The translations under genes were made by a program, and so were the position numbers. From the IMG/VR virus record IMGVR_UViG_3300025674_007777, positions 1 to 64,000 of that record: a stretch of 64,000 bases of DNA, one strand, 5' to 3'. The notes under the pieces are model-generated. The model was not told the origin of the DNA, did not search any database, and saw only the letters and a list, made by a program, of their open reading frames with translations. This document shows positions 47,193-56,752 of the stretch, piece by piece. The stretch is from a virus. Position 1 is the first letter of the stretch. The number at the start of each line of letters is the position of its first letter.

Positions 47193-49049
47193 CTACACAA
47201 TTTCACATGCACCGCCAGCACATGCAATCTCACCTTTCAGATCTGTCTCATCTTCTGTTTCAACAATTCTTGAAAGATCCACATCAACAAGGCTCTGCAT
47301 TAGCTGATCATATTGTTCTTCTGTGATGTCCTCAAATGGAGCCTGCTTATAAGTACCTCCCATATAAGGTAGTACTGAGAGACCATTATAAAATTCACGA
47401 TTCTCCCACATCCAACTGCCTACAGCATCCCATTCATGTTCACGCACTGAAATGGTGGCTGAAATGTTATGACTGTTAGCACCTGTTCTATGTCCTGGGC
47501 GAATCCAATCCTTTGTGACATGTTTCACTCGCTCCAACAATTGTAGAGGTGATTCTGTTCTGAGGATTGCCGTCTCAGGAGATTTCTGTGGTACTGATAT
47601 CACAGCAGTGTCATGTGGTCTGAAATATTCATCTTCAATAAGCTCTGGATGATTTTCTACCAAATAAGAATAAATTGCTTCATTCTTGCCAACACGTACT
47701 CTTCTGATATAGAAATCATTGTGCCATGCATGAATACCTGATGATGTTCCCAATGTCAATGATGTGGTTCCTGCAGGCTTAACTGTGGTACATCTTGCTG
47801 CTTTGTTGATACCGATGAGACCAGCAACTCTAACGTTCTCATCTTTCACAACCTTAGCAGCTTCCTTCATGTTATAATCCAATATAACACCGGAACCGAT
47901 GCCTGTCATTGAAATACCTACCAATGCATCCTTCTCAGTGGTTCTTTGCCATACCGGACGCAGATAATGAAAATCTGTGTATCCTGCTTGTAATGTACCT
48001 ATCAGAGATGCTGCACGTACTCGCTCATTCAGATCTTCCTGAGATTCAATATTGGAAACATTCACTTCAGTTAGATTACAGAACTGGAATGGTCTCAGTC
48101 CAATCTCACAACATGGATTTGTTCCCCAATCTTTGTCATTGGAAAGATAAATGCCAGGTTCGCCGGCTCCACTCAACTCAATACGCTTCCAAAGATCCAT
48201 GAAGAAATCTTTTTCCAAGCGATGGCGAAGTAACACAGCTGAATTATTGGCACGACCTCTCTGTGGATTGTTCTCCCACCAATTACCAGACTTGCATCCA
48301 ATCATTTCATCATCATCTGCTGAGAACAAACTGATCAAAGCTGCTCGACGAATACCTCCTGCCAACACTGCATCTGCAATGTGACAAATGATGTCATGCA
48401 CTTCCAATGGAGTCAATTTATCACCGTTCTGCTTTTCATTCAGGATACCTTCCACTTTCACCAAGCATTCTCTCAGTGGCTGTGGTCCAGGTGCCTTACC
48501 TCCTGATGTTATGAGTCTAGCACCTTTTGGTCTGATGTCTGAAAAGTCAAACTTGATCTTTGATCCGCTATAGAAATACGTCTTCACTAACGCCTTAACT
48601 GCATCAGCCCAACCTTCAATTGAGTCTGCAATCAGGAATCTTCGTGTACGAGCTGGATTAGGTTTGTTGATCTCAGGTAGTTTGTCTACATGATGACGCT
48701 GGACCGAATATCCAACTCCTGTACCTCCTAACAATAGGAACATCACTTCACCAAATACTCTCCAATCATCAATTGGTGCAAATGCACAATTGTATACACG
48801 GTTAGGTGATATCTCAATAGGCTTACCAGCAAACTGCATACTACGCATTGATGGTAAAACTTTCTTGTCATATACTAATTTATATGCCGTTTCAATTGCT
48901 TCTGACAATGCAGGGTATTTTTTCAAATGCATTGCCTTGTTCCGATCCACAAGTTCTGTCCATGTCTCTCTCCTGTTCTTTTCAGGCAGAAACTTAGCAT
49001 ACTTCATGTGTACGGTGATATCACTGAGTATCTGGGTAGATATATCCAT
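47193..49049 (-). CDS. nrdJ: Class II (B12-dependent, monomeric RTPR-type) ribonucleotide reductase
   Basis: YNCAF, TNPCCEI, FCNL, TTVKPAGT, C-terminal CAGGAC; no small subunit gene adjacent. Confidence 0.9.
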   Translation of the reverse strand: MDISTQILSDITVHMKYAKFLPEKNRRETWTELVDRNKAMHLKKYPALSEAIETAYKLVYDKKVLPSMRSMQFAGKPIEISPNRVYNCAFAPIDDWRVFGEVMFLLLGGTGVGYSVQRHHVDKLPEINKPNPARTRRFLIADSIEGWADAVKALVKTYFYSGSKIKFDFSDIRPKGARLITSGGKAPGPQPLRECLVKVEGILNEKQNGDKLTPLEVHDIICHIADAVLAGGIRRAALISLFSADDDEMIGCKSGNWWENNPQRGRANNSAVLLRHRLEKDFFMDLWKRIELSGAGEPGIYLSNDKDWGTNPCCEIGLRPFQFCNLTEVNVSNIESQEDLNERVRAASLIGTLQAGYTDFHYLRPVWQRTTEKDALVGISMTGIGSGVILDYNMKEAAKVVKDENVRVAGLIGINKAARCTTVKPAGTTSLTLGTSSGIHAWHNDFYIRRVRVGKNEAIYSYLVENHPELIEDEYFRPHDTAVISVPQKSPETAILRTESPLQLLERVKHVTKDWIRPGHRTGANSHNISATISVREHEWDAVGSWMWENREFYNGLSVLPYMGGTYKQAPFEDITEEQYDQLMQSLVDVDLSRIVETEDETDLKGEIACAGGACEIV

Positions 49050-49173
49050 GAATTCCTAATTTTTTAATGTTATTTAATAAAGTGTTCGTCGTAACTAATT
49101 TGGCGTAAAAAGAACGATTTACTGCAATATATATACGTCATGAGAGCGTAGAATAGCCATTTGAACAACAAAA

Positions 49174-50529
49174 TCACCCGAAATCTTTTCCAATTGTTTC
49201 ATTGTATTTTCGGGCAAGCAATTGTCTAGCCAACGTATTCCCATTATCCATTTGCTTTTGCGTCTGTTGACCGTTAATGGACGTATCCGTATATATGTTA
49301 AATTGCCCGTTACTAAGATTCATCTTGCTTGGCAGTGTGATACCATCTGGACCAAAACGATTCTTGATGATGTGCCAACGACCTGTTCCAGCTAATTTGT
49401 CCTCAACCTTTCTGGACAATGATATGATGAAATCTGCAACCATCACTTTACCATATGATTCAGCAACTTTACTTGCATCAATTACATCTTCCTCCAATGC
49501 AGATCTGTTTGCCTGAGATGCTGTCCATACTGGCAATTCATATTCGCCGGCCATACCTCTGAGATCTTCATATATACTTTCCAGTTCATGTCGTTTCTCT
49601 GTCCCATTGCCTCGTAACAGGTCAGCATAGTCCACAATGATCACATCAGGCTTCTTACCTTGCATTATGCATTTCTCAACATGAGCACGAATACCTAACA
49701 CTGAAGTGGTCTTGGTTGGATAATGTTTGATGATCAGATCGCCATCTATCTTAGCCAACCGTTCCTTCACTTCAGACTGATAATGTTTCAGATTCTGATT
49801 TGCAATACCTGTTATCACAGAATCATATCTGAGACCTACATATGCTTCATTGAGCTCCAATGTATAATGCAGAACTGTTTTACCTTTCTTCACAGCAGAT
49901 GCGCCAATGTTCATCAATGCCCATGATTTACCAATACCGGCCGGAGCAACCATCACACCTAACTCCCCTTTGCCTAGGCCGCCATCTGTAAGATCATCTA
50001 TCACGTCCCAACCAGTTGATTGAACATGACGAACAGCGTCTGTATAACGTTCTTCAATGGCAGTCATGTAATCATGTCCAATATCTTTGTCTGCTCCTGC
50101 TTTTAGAGCATCATCTATCTGAACTTTGATTTCTTCATAACGACCATGTTTGAGTAATTCAACACTGCTCATGATGGCTTTCTTGATCTCCTGATTCTTA
50201 CAGAAGTCCAAAGCCTGCACCTTTATGAACTCCAGATCATCTGATTCAGTGTACTTCCAGGCATCCTTCAAATGGTCTTTGATCTGTGTAGCAAGAACAT
50301 CATGATCAACATCATCCAGTTTCACTTTCATCACATCCAATGATGGTGATGCCTTATGCTCCAAATGATATTTCAATACAGTGTCGACTATCCAATGATT
50401 AGCCTCTGACTCAAAATATTTCGGAGATAGGATATCTGCAATCTGTTGCAAAAATGTCTTGTCAGTCATCAGTGATGTGATCACCTTGATCTGAAATGAA
50501 TATCCATAGGACGAAAGACGGTCGGTCAT
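49174..50529 (-). CDS. DnaB-like replicative helicase (gp41-like)
   Basis: APAGIGKS, YTLEL, IVDYADL, TASQANR, KNRFG. Confidence 0.93.
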   Translation of the reverse strand: MTDRLSSYGYSFQIKVITSLMTDKTFLQQIADILSPKYFESEANHWIVDTVLKYHLEHKASPSLDVMKVKLDDVDHDVLATQIKDHLKDAWKYTESDDLEFIKVQALDFCKNQEIKKAIMSSVELLKHGRYEEIKVQIDDALKAGADKDIGHDYMTAIEERYTDAVRHVQSTGWDVIDDLTDGGLGKGELGVMVAPAGIGKSWALMNIGASAVKKGKTVLHYTLELNEAYVGLRYDSVITGIANQNLKHYQSEVKERLAKIDGDLIIKHYPTKTTSVLGIRAHVEKCIMQGKKPDVIIVDYADLLRGNGTEKRHELESIYEDLRGMAGEYELPVWTASQANRSALEEDVIDASKVAESYGKVMVADFIISLSRKVEDKLAGTGRWHIIKNRFGPDGITLPSKMNLSNGQFNIYTDTSINGQQTQKQMDNGNTLARQLLARKYNETIGKDFG

Positions 50530-50533
50530 ACGT

Positions 50534-50564
50534 TAAATATAATAAAATTTTTCAAATAATCAAA
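50534..50564 (-). promoter_or_regulatory. Bacteroidota-type sigma-A promoter
   Basis: TTTG-N19-TATATTTA, 4 nt upstream of the helicase ATG. Confidence 0.7.
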
Positions 50565-51609
50565 TGCTTCCATAAGCATTTAGTGACATAAATGATGAAT
50601 TCAGCCAACTGTCCAGATCTTTGATAACCGTGTACATCTTATCACGCATGAACATCTTCTTGAACTCCAGCACATCCAGTTTCTGAATGTCCTGTTTACA
50701 CATATTCAGAGCCAACATTTTGGCATTGCCATGAATATCCACTTCTTTGAGTTGCATCAATCTGTAATTCAGATCCAACTGATCTTTAGCAGCTGCCAAC
50801 GTGTTCACAACTTTGTATTTGGAATCTTGCTGCACTGCATAGTCAATGATCTCATCAACTGACACTTCTCGGTCCTCTGTCAACATTGGAAAATACTTGA
50901 TCAGTGATTTCAGGCCTACTCCTTTGATACCCTCAATATTATCCGATTTATCCCCCGTTATCGCCCTGTACAAGAGGTAGTTCTTTTCATTTATACCTAT
51001 TTCTTCTTGTAGAAGACTTGGAGTATATAAGCGCTTTTTGATGGGGCTCCATACACTGATTCTGTGATTAACCAACTGCAGAAAATCTCTGTCTGTGGAC
51101 ACAATTGTACACTTCTGATGATCTTCTGTGTACACTTCATTTGCAATGTATGCAATGATGTCATCTGCTTCCACATTGTCAATGGACATGGTGGTAACTG
51201 GTAAACAGTTCAGATACTGTATCATTCGACCAAATTGCCGGCGCATACTTTCCTGTTCATCCTCCAATGATGCAAACTCCTGATATCTGTTGAAAGCAGT
51301 TTTGTTTGCTCTATTGGCTTTGTAGTTCGAGTAAATGCTCTTTCTACGCTTGGAACCTCCCTTACCATCAAACACAATGATACATCTGGTTGGTTTCAGT
51401 TGTCGTATCACTGCACCTATTGATCTGAGAAATCCAGTTACTCCTCCAATATGTTGTCCATCATCATTGAGAGCAGGAACGGCAGAGAACACTCTGATGA
51501 AAGTGTTCAATCCGTCTATAACCATTATATGAGAATTCTTATCTCTACCCGTTCCATCCTGCCGTTCCTGCTCAATCTGCTGAAGCAGCTCTTTATACCG
51601 TTTCTGCAT
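50560..51609 (-). CDS. 5'-3' exonuclease / T4 RNase H-like flap nuclease
   Basis: IDGLN, VFDG, YKANR, EADD, STDRD, GDKSDNI.G..GVG. Confidence 0.93.
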   Translation of the reverse strand: MQKRYKELLQQIEQERQDGTGRDKNSHIMVIDGLNTFIRVFSAVPALNDDGQHIGGVTGFLRSIGAVIRQLKPTRCIIVFDGKGGSKRRKSIYSNYKANRANKTAFNRYQEFASLEDEQESMRRQFGRMIQYLNCLPVTTMSIDNVEADDIIAYIANEVYTEDHQKCTIVSTDRDFLQLVNHRISVWSPIKKRLYTPSLLQEEIGINEKNYLLYRAITGDKSDNIEGIKGVGLKSLIKYFPMLTEDREVSVDEIIDYAVQQDSKYKVVNTLAAAKDQLDLNYRLMQLKEVDIHGNAKMLALNMCKQDIQKLDVLEFKKMFMRDKMYTVIKDLDSWLNSSFMSLNAYGSI

Positions 51610-52745
51610 TAACCTTCTTCATTAACAAACTCTTCATCAATCTCGATGTCATCTACTCCAAAATCTTCTCCTGGCTTGTACTTCAGGATATATGCTTTAC
51701 AGATGGCATCATAGATCTCTTGTTTCAATCCATCTTCTTCAGCTATTTTCTTCTCAAAATCTTTTGATAGAAACTTCACATCAGAACCATCTGTTCGAGT
51801 ATATGTATACCATGCACCGGACTGATTAAGTAGTTTGTAGTCCTTCATAACATTTAGCCATCCACCGTAATTGTCAATACCTGACTCAAAATAGATGTCA
51901 TAATCGATTGACTTCAATGGCGGCCCCATTCTGTTCTTCACAACCTGAACTCTGGTCTTGATACCAATGACCTGATCAACACCATCCTTCTTCATTTTGA
52001 TCTGTCCTACTGATTTCAGACGTAATCGAACTGAAGCGTGGAATGGAATGGCCTTACCACCTGATGTTGTATACGGATCACCAAATGCAACACCAAGTCT
52101 TGTTCTGAGCTGATTTGTGAATAACAAACAGATCTTTTCACGACCAATCATGTTAGTGATCTTACGCATACCTTTGCTCAGAATGATTGCCTTGGAAGTG
52201 GCATAACCATCTTTGTCAAATTCTTTGGCCATCTCAATCTTAGTGGATGCTCCCATCACTGAATCAACAACAATGGTAACGAGTCTGTCTTTACTGCTTT
52301 TTCGAACACCTTCCACAATGCTTTCAATTGCTTCAAAAACATCTTCAATGGTGTCCAAAGGCACATACAACATCTTCTCAAGATCCAGACCAATGGCTTC
52401 CAGAAAATCACGGCTAACTGCATTCTCAGTATCAATATATACTGCCAATCCTCCTTGTTTCTGAGTACTGGCCAATGCATGAGCTGCTAACAGAGACTTA
52501 CCAGATGCTTCCAATCCTGTTATCTCAGTGATACGCCCGACCGGAAAGCCTCCATTCTCTCTGTTTGAGATTGCAAGATCCAACATATCAGATCCTGTCG
52601 GAATCCATCCTCGCACTTCTGAAGGCGAATCAGTGTCCTGGTTAAGAAAGTAAGCTGTCTTGTAGCCAGTATTCTTAAACTTCTTGTTTATGGCACTGGC
52701 GAGTTCTCCAGCCAGAGAGTCCTGTAACTCATCTTTAGACTTCAT
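51609..52745 (-). CDS. recA: RecA/UvsX recombinase
   Basis: GLEASGKS, YIDTE, VVDSV, NQLR, GGKA..FHAS.R, KNR. Confidence 0.93.
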   Translation of the reverse strand: MKSKDELQDSLAGELASAINKKFKNTGYKTAYFLNQDTDSPSEVRGWIPTGSDMLDLAISNRENGGFPVGRITEITGLEASGKSLLAAHALASTQKQGGLAVYIDTENAVSRDFLEAIGLDLEKMLYVPLDTIEDVFEAIESIVEGVRKSSKDRLVTIVVDSVMGASTKIEMAKEFDKDGYATSKAIILSKGMRKITNMIGREKICLLFTNQLRTRLGVAFGDPYTTSGGKAIPFHASVRLRLKSVGQIKMKKDGVDQVIGIKTRVQVVKNRMGPPLKSIDYDIYFESGIDNYGGWLNVMKDYKLLNQSGAWYTYTRTDGSDVKFLSKDFEKKIAEEDGLKQEIYDAICKAYILKYKPGEDFGVDDIEIDEEFVNEEG

Positions 52746-52758
52746 AAGTCCTCCTTAA

Positions 52759-53532
52759 TTAATCGTTAAATAATTCATCAAATGCTGATGACACATCATC
52801 AACACGATTTACCGTCGAAGGCACTTCACCTTCTTTTGGTGCTGGAGGAATTCCGTCTGAACTAGCATCAGATGATGCTTCTTCTGGATTCAACCATGTC
52901 TCCAAAGCTTCTTTGAGTTCATCATATGTTGGTTCCTTGAAGATCTCTGTGAGAGCCTGCTGATTCTTTGCAATCTGCTCAGCAACATTTCGATCTTCAG
53001 TCATTGGAGAAACATTTGGTTTCACTCTGATAGCTGTCTTAGGATATGCTCCTGGGCCTTCTGCCGGAGTGAACTCAACAACAATGTCACGTCCTCCCAT
53101 TGGATCTGTGATGTCACCATAATCAGGATCTGCAATGAATCCTAGAAGTTCAGTGTACACAGTTTTTCCAAAGCCCCAAAATTTCACACCTTCAGATTCT
53201 TGGCCTCGAACGATGATTGGCGCATACACACGCATCTTTGGTTCCATCTTTTTGCCAAGTTTCCATTCATCTGAATTACCTGAAGCTTTGAGTTTCTCAG
53301 TGAACTCCACAACTGGATCAGCCTTGCCAAATGTTGTAGGAGACAGAAAGTTCTTCTTGCCTAAGTTGTAATGAAAATAAAGTTCCTGGAATGGGTTTGC
53401 TCGATCATGCTGATAAGGCACAATTCTAATAACCTGCTTGCCCGGTTCTGGGCGCCATAATGTTTGACGGCGGTTGCCTGTCGTTTGAAGTTGATTAAGC
53501 TTCCTTTTAATCGCATCTAAATCAATTGCCAT
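52759..53532 (-). CDS. Single-stranded DNA-binding protein (gp32-like)
   Basis: IRIVP, FWGFGK, DITDP..GRD, acidic tail ending FDELFND. Confidence 0.85.
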   Translation of the reverse strand: MAIDLDAIKRKLNQLQTTGNRRQTLWRPEPGKQVIRIVPYQHDRANPFQELYFHYNLGKKNFLSPTTFGKADPVVEFTEKLKASGNSDEWKLGKKMEPKMRVYAPIIVRGQESEGVKFWGFGKTVYTELLGFIADPDYGDITDPMGGRDIVVEFTPAEGPGAYPKTAIRVKPNVSPMTEDRNVAEQIAKNQQALTEIFKEPTYDELKEALETWLNPEEASSDASSDGIPPAPKEGEVPSTVNRVDDVSSAFDELFND

Positions 53533-53577
53533 TTTTCAATTCCTTTTTTGGTTAAACAATAAAATACTAATCAATTC

Positions 53578-53609
53578 TTAATATAAGTGCTTAGATTCAA
53601 ATATCCAAG
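53578..53609 (-). promoter_or_regulatory. Bacteroidota-type sigma-A promoter
   Basis: CTTG-N20-TATATTAA upstream of the SSB gene; an ATATTTATA motif also lies at 53644-53652. Confidence 0.55.
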
Positions 53610-53654
53610 TCTTTTAATGGTTATTTTTTATTTTTTTTACAAATATAAATATGC

Positions 53655-54041
53655 TTAAACATCCAATCGTTTGAGCATTTTCAATTTGATTTGTCTGAGT
53701 TGGTCACCATCCGTTAACAACAGAGAGTTTCTGTAGAGTTGCCATGGAATGATGAAACTCTTGTCCAGAACACCATTGTTACATTCCTTGATCACTGTGT
53801 TGAGAGCATTGATGCTATACAATGTGTTGCTCTCTTTCTTTCTGTGAATGGATATGGTGTTAGCAGATCTTCTAGGCGATGGTAACACAATGTTGTAGGT
53901 TATGTACAGATCATCTGGACGCTCCTGATCACAGAACAGAAACATACGATTCTCACTGAGGTCATATGTTGCAATGATATGTTCTGTGATGATGTCCTGA
54001 TTGCGTCTATGTGCAAATGTACATAGTAATTGTGTTTTCAC
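53655..54041 (-). CDS. Conserved hypothetical phage protein
   Basis: LLCTF...TISIHRKKESNTLYSINALN...NNGVLD...W..YRNSLLL. Confidence 0.7.
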   Translation of the reverse strand: MKTQLLCTFAHRRNQDIITEHIIATYDLSENRMFLFCDQERPDDLYITYNIVLPSPRRSANTISIHRKKESNTLYSINALNTVIKECNNGVLDKSFIIPWQLYRNSLLLTDGDQLRQIKLKMLKRLDV

Positions 54042-54088
54042 CTACCCCATCCTTTTTTAATATATATGTAAATTATATTGCAATATGA

Positions 54089-55354
54089 TTAATTCAGAGC
54101 AACACCTGGATTGGTATTATGCCACATAAAACTGCTTTCTGGTTTCTTTGAACCTAATGTAATGCTGCCAGCATCGACTACATCATCAATATCATCTCTA
54201 GTCACAACTATGAATGATGTAGACATATATTTAGGCGGTCTATGCTCATGAAAAATAATCGTATCAACATTGATCTTGTCCATATATGATTCCAGATTAG
54301 TTTTGGCCAATGCTCTACCAACATCGACTACATCATTATAATTCAGTGATGCATCAAAATATTTTCTTGCAACAGAGTCTTTATTGAAAAAAATGTTCCC
54401 AATACCATCCTGTACATTATCAATGAAGTCAGCTTTTGATATAACATCGTTATCAACCAACAGTTCATATGCATTTTTTATGGCATATGCAATATTTCTG
54501 TTATCAGGATTCTTGAGAAATTCTTCCTTGGCTTCCGCATCAACACTCAACATATTAGATAAGAAATTATTTTTTATGTTAAGTTCTTTACCTCGACCAG
54601 CTTGTTGGCCTAGGCGACCACCTTTTCCTTTCAATTCAGTGGTTTGACCATCCACGACTATATCACCACCTGATGTGGAATTGAAAACATTGTCAAATAA
54701 AAGTATGAGAGCAATTTCAGCCGGTCCGGTCGCACTACCACCCGCATCAGCACCTGGTTGTATTTTTATCAGATTACTAATTGTTTTGTCATTTAATCCT
54801 GTCAATTTGCTGATATCACCTTTACCGGCAGCATCCCATTTTAAATCTTTAGGAGATTCAAAATATTCTATCACTTCTTTGGCATTTGGTAGTTTTGCTA
54901 TCTTATTAAAAATAATGTTAACAGCGTCTTGTCCAATCTGATAATTACCTGATGTGATATTTTTCTTTTCAAAATACTGAAGAACAGGTGCTTTGAATGC
55001 GACACTGTTGATGATCTGATTTATTTTAAAAAGATCCTCCGAATCAAGATCTGTATTGTTAATTAGTTTGACAATGTCATCTTTTGAAACCTTATCATAA
55101 TCTTCAGTTAAAACATCATCTGATATGTACTCATAGAACATTTCATTTTCTGATACTGGATCATTTTCTTCAATATCTTTTTCGACCGGTACTGCGTCTA
55201 AGAAGCCTTGATCTAAGATGTCCGGCGACTCCTTGATATGTTCTGATAACACTTCGTGGAAGATATGCATTTCTTCCGTGCTATATGGTGGTTCAGCATA
55301 GCCTTTAGGCAAACGGAAGAACCATTCCTGTATGACTTTTTCTTTGATGTCCAT
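54089..55354 (-). CDS. Putative PD-(D/E)XK restriction-like endonuclease with acidic N-terminal leader
   Basis: GPAEIAL...GGDIVVDGQTTELKG (E...D-x-E-x-K); leader IQEWFFRLPKGY...DVLTE|D. Confidence 0.6.
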   Translation of the reverse strand: MDIKEKVIQEWFFRLPKGYAEPPYSTEEMHIFHEVLSEHIKESPDILDQGFLDAVPVEKDIEENDPVSENEMFYEYISDDVLTEDYDKVSKDDIVKLINNTDLDSEDLFKINQIINSVAFKAPVLQYFEKKNITSGNYQIGQDAVNIIFNKIAKLPNAKEVIEYFESPKDLKWDAAGKGDISKLTGLNDKTISNLIKIQPGADAGGSATGPAEIALILLFDNVFNSTSGGDIVVDGQTTELKGKGGRLGQQAGRGKELNIKNNFLSNMLSVDAEAKEEFLKNPDNRNIAYAIKNAYELLVDNDVISKADFIDNVQDGIGNIFFNKDSVARKYFDASLNYNDVVDVGRALAKTNLESYMDKINVDTIIFHEHRPPKYMSTSFIVVTRDDIDDVVDAGSITLGSKKPESSFMWHNTNPGVALN

Positions 55355-55364
55355 AGGATTTTTG

Positions 55365-55373
55365 TATAAATAT
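55365..55373 (-). promoter_or_regulatory. Putative late-promoter motif ATATTTATA
   Basis: 10 nt upstream of the ATG at 55354. Confidence 0.5.
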
Positions 55374-56716
55374 TAGTTAATTCTTTTAGTCATGTCCTGC
55401 ATTGTGTGAAGATCTGCCCCTGCTTTGATTTTCACAGGAAAGGCTCCTCGCTCTGACATCACATCTTTGAGTTTCAGTATCAGCTCTTTGCCATCTGTGA
55501 GAGCATAATCAAACAACATGCTGTCATATGTATATAGTATGAACTTGCTGTCATGACCTTGCAGTGTGTGCATTATTCTGTGTATCACCGTTATGTTGTG
55601 TTCTGTTTCAGTGGCCTGCAGCATGTAATTGAACAGCTTGTTGGCATTCATGTCATCTGGCAAAGCATCTTTATGTAAAGGCCGTTCAAATATAGGAGTC
55701 ATAACTTTTCCATTGGCTTTGAACTCTTTCCATAACTTCTGCACATAGTCATGGCATGCTGCAAAGAACGGAATGCTTCGAAATTCTTTGTCAATGTTTC
55801 CGTATAGCAGTCTGAAAGTGATCTGCTTGGAACGCTCATACTGTTCTTCTGTGAGATCATCACCGAAATAATATTTGCCTAAATGTTCGTGAACAGATCC
55901 TTCTGGAAAGTTATATCCCAGTATCTTGGCAATGAGTCGCACATGAAATGCATCAAAGTCCATTTCCAACAGCATGCCTCTCTGATGTCTGCTCACAAAT
56001 GCGCTCCTGCAACCATTCTCCTTGTTTAATGCAGCATAATTCACTCCTCCATGCTTGTTGGATGGCCGGCCTGTGGCAGTGTACAGATTGTATTCACTGA
56101 ATGTCTTCGAAGATCTGGTTGCAGTGAAATGCTGTTCAAACACTGACCTGTCAATCTGAAGTCCAGACTGTTCAATGGCATGAAAGGCTGCAATGGACTG
56201 AGATTCATATTGCTGAAATGCTCTGCTGTGACGATGTGTTTCATAACTACACATGAACACTTCTCTCATTGCTCGGCAACGCTCCATATGCTTGGTCATT
56301 GGCAACCAGTCATAACTGTTTGTGGTTCCACTCCACCAGGCTCCCCAGGCATTGTGACATGCTGTGTTGCTGTCATCTAATGGCAGAGGCTTTCCTGTTT
56401 GCCACCAATGCATCATGTCAGCATCCACCGTTCTATACGGGTAGTATGCCATTAATCGCTTTCTGCCCAATGCATAGATCACCTTGGAACTTGTAAGGTG
56501 TTGCAGAAGGTCGTTACTTTGGTTTACGCAGTCGAAATGATGGAATGGAACTATCCAATCCTGTGCATCTGTGATGGTGTATATGTAAATGAAACTCAGT
56601 CTGGTGTCAGCATAATGACGGAAAGCGTCTGAGAACATTGGAATCCAGAAACTATCTGATTCTCTGAGAGATTCCTGCAATGACTTGATGTCGCCTGGAT
56701 GTTCAGCTATTATCAC
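55373..56716 (-). CDS. Compact family A DNA polymerase-like protein
   Basis: TGRPS, motif A MDFDAFHVRL, motif B SKQITFRLLYG, NYMLQATE, motif C YTYDS. Confidence 0.82.
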   Translation of the reverse strand: MIIAEHPGDIKSLQESLRESDSFWIPMFSDAFRHYADTRLSFIYIYTITDAQDWIVPFHHFDCVNQSNDLLQHLTSSKVIYALGRKRLMAYYPYRTVDADMMHWWQTGKPLPLDDSNTACHNAWGAWWSGTTNSYDWLPMTKHMERCRAMREVFMCSYETHRHSRAFQQYESQSIAAFHAIEQSGLQIDRSVFEQHFTATRSSKTFSEYNLYTATGRPSNKHGGVNYAALNKENGCRSAFVSRHQRGMLLEMDFDAFHVRLIAKILGYNFPEGSVHEHLGKYYFGDDLTEEQYERSKQITFRLLYGNIDKEFRSIPFFAACHDYVQKLWKEFKANGKVMTPIFERPLHKDALPDDMNANKLFNYMLQATETEHNITVIHRIMHTLQGHDSKFILYTYDSMLFDYALTDGKELILKLKDVMSERGAFPVKIKAGADLHTMQDMTKRIN

Positions 56717-56720
56717 GCAT

Positions 56721-56752
56721 TAAATATAAGAAGAATATCTCAATGCACCAAA
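56721..56752 (-). promoter_or_regulatory. Bacteroidota-type sigma-A promoter
   Basis: TTTG-N20-TATATTTA, 4 nt upstream of the GTG at 56716. Confidence 0.7.

Noticed and set aside
39822-52745. Introns or inteins in polB, nrdJ, helicase or recA
   Set aside because: All are uninterrupted, of normal length, and show no intein motifs
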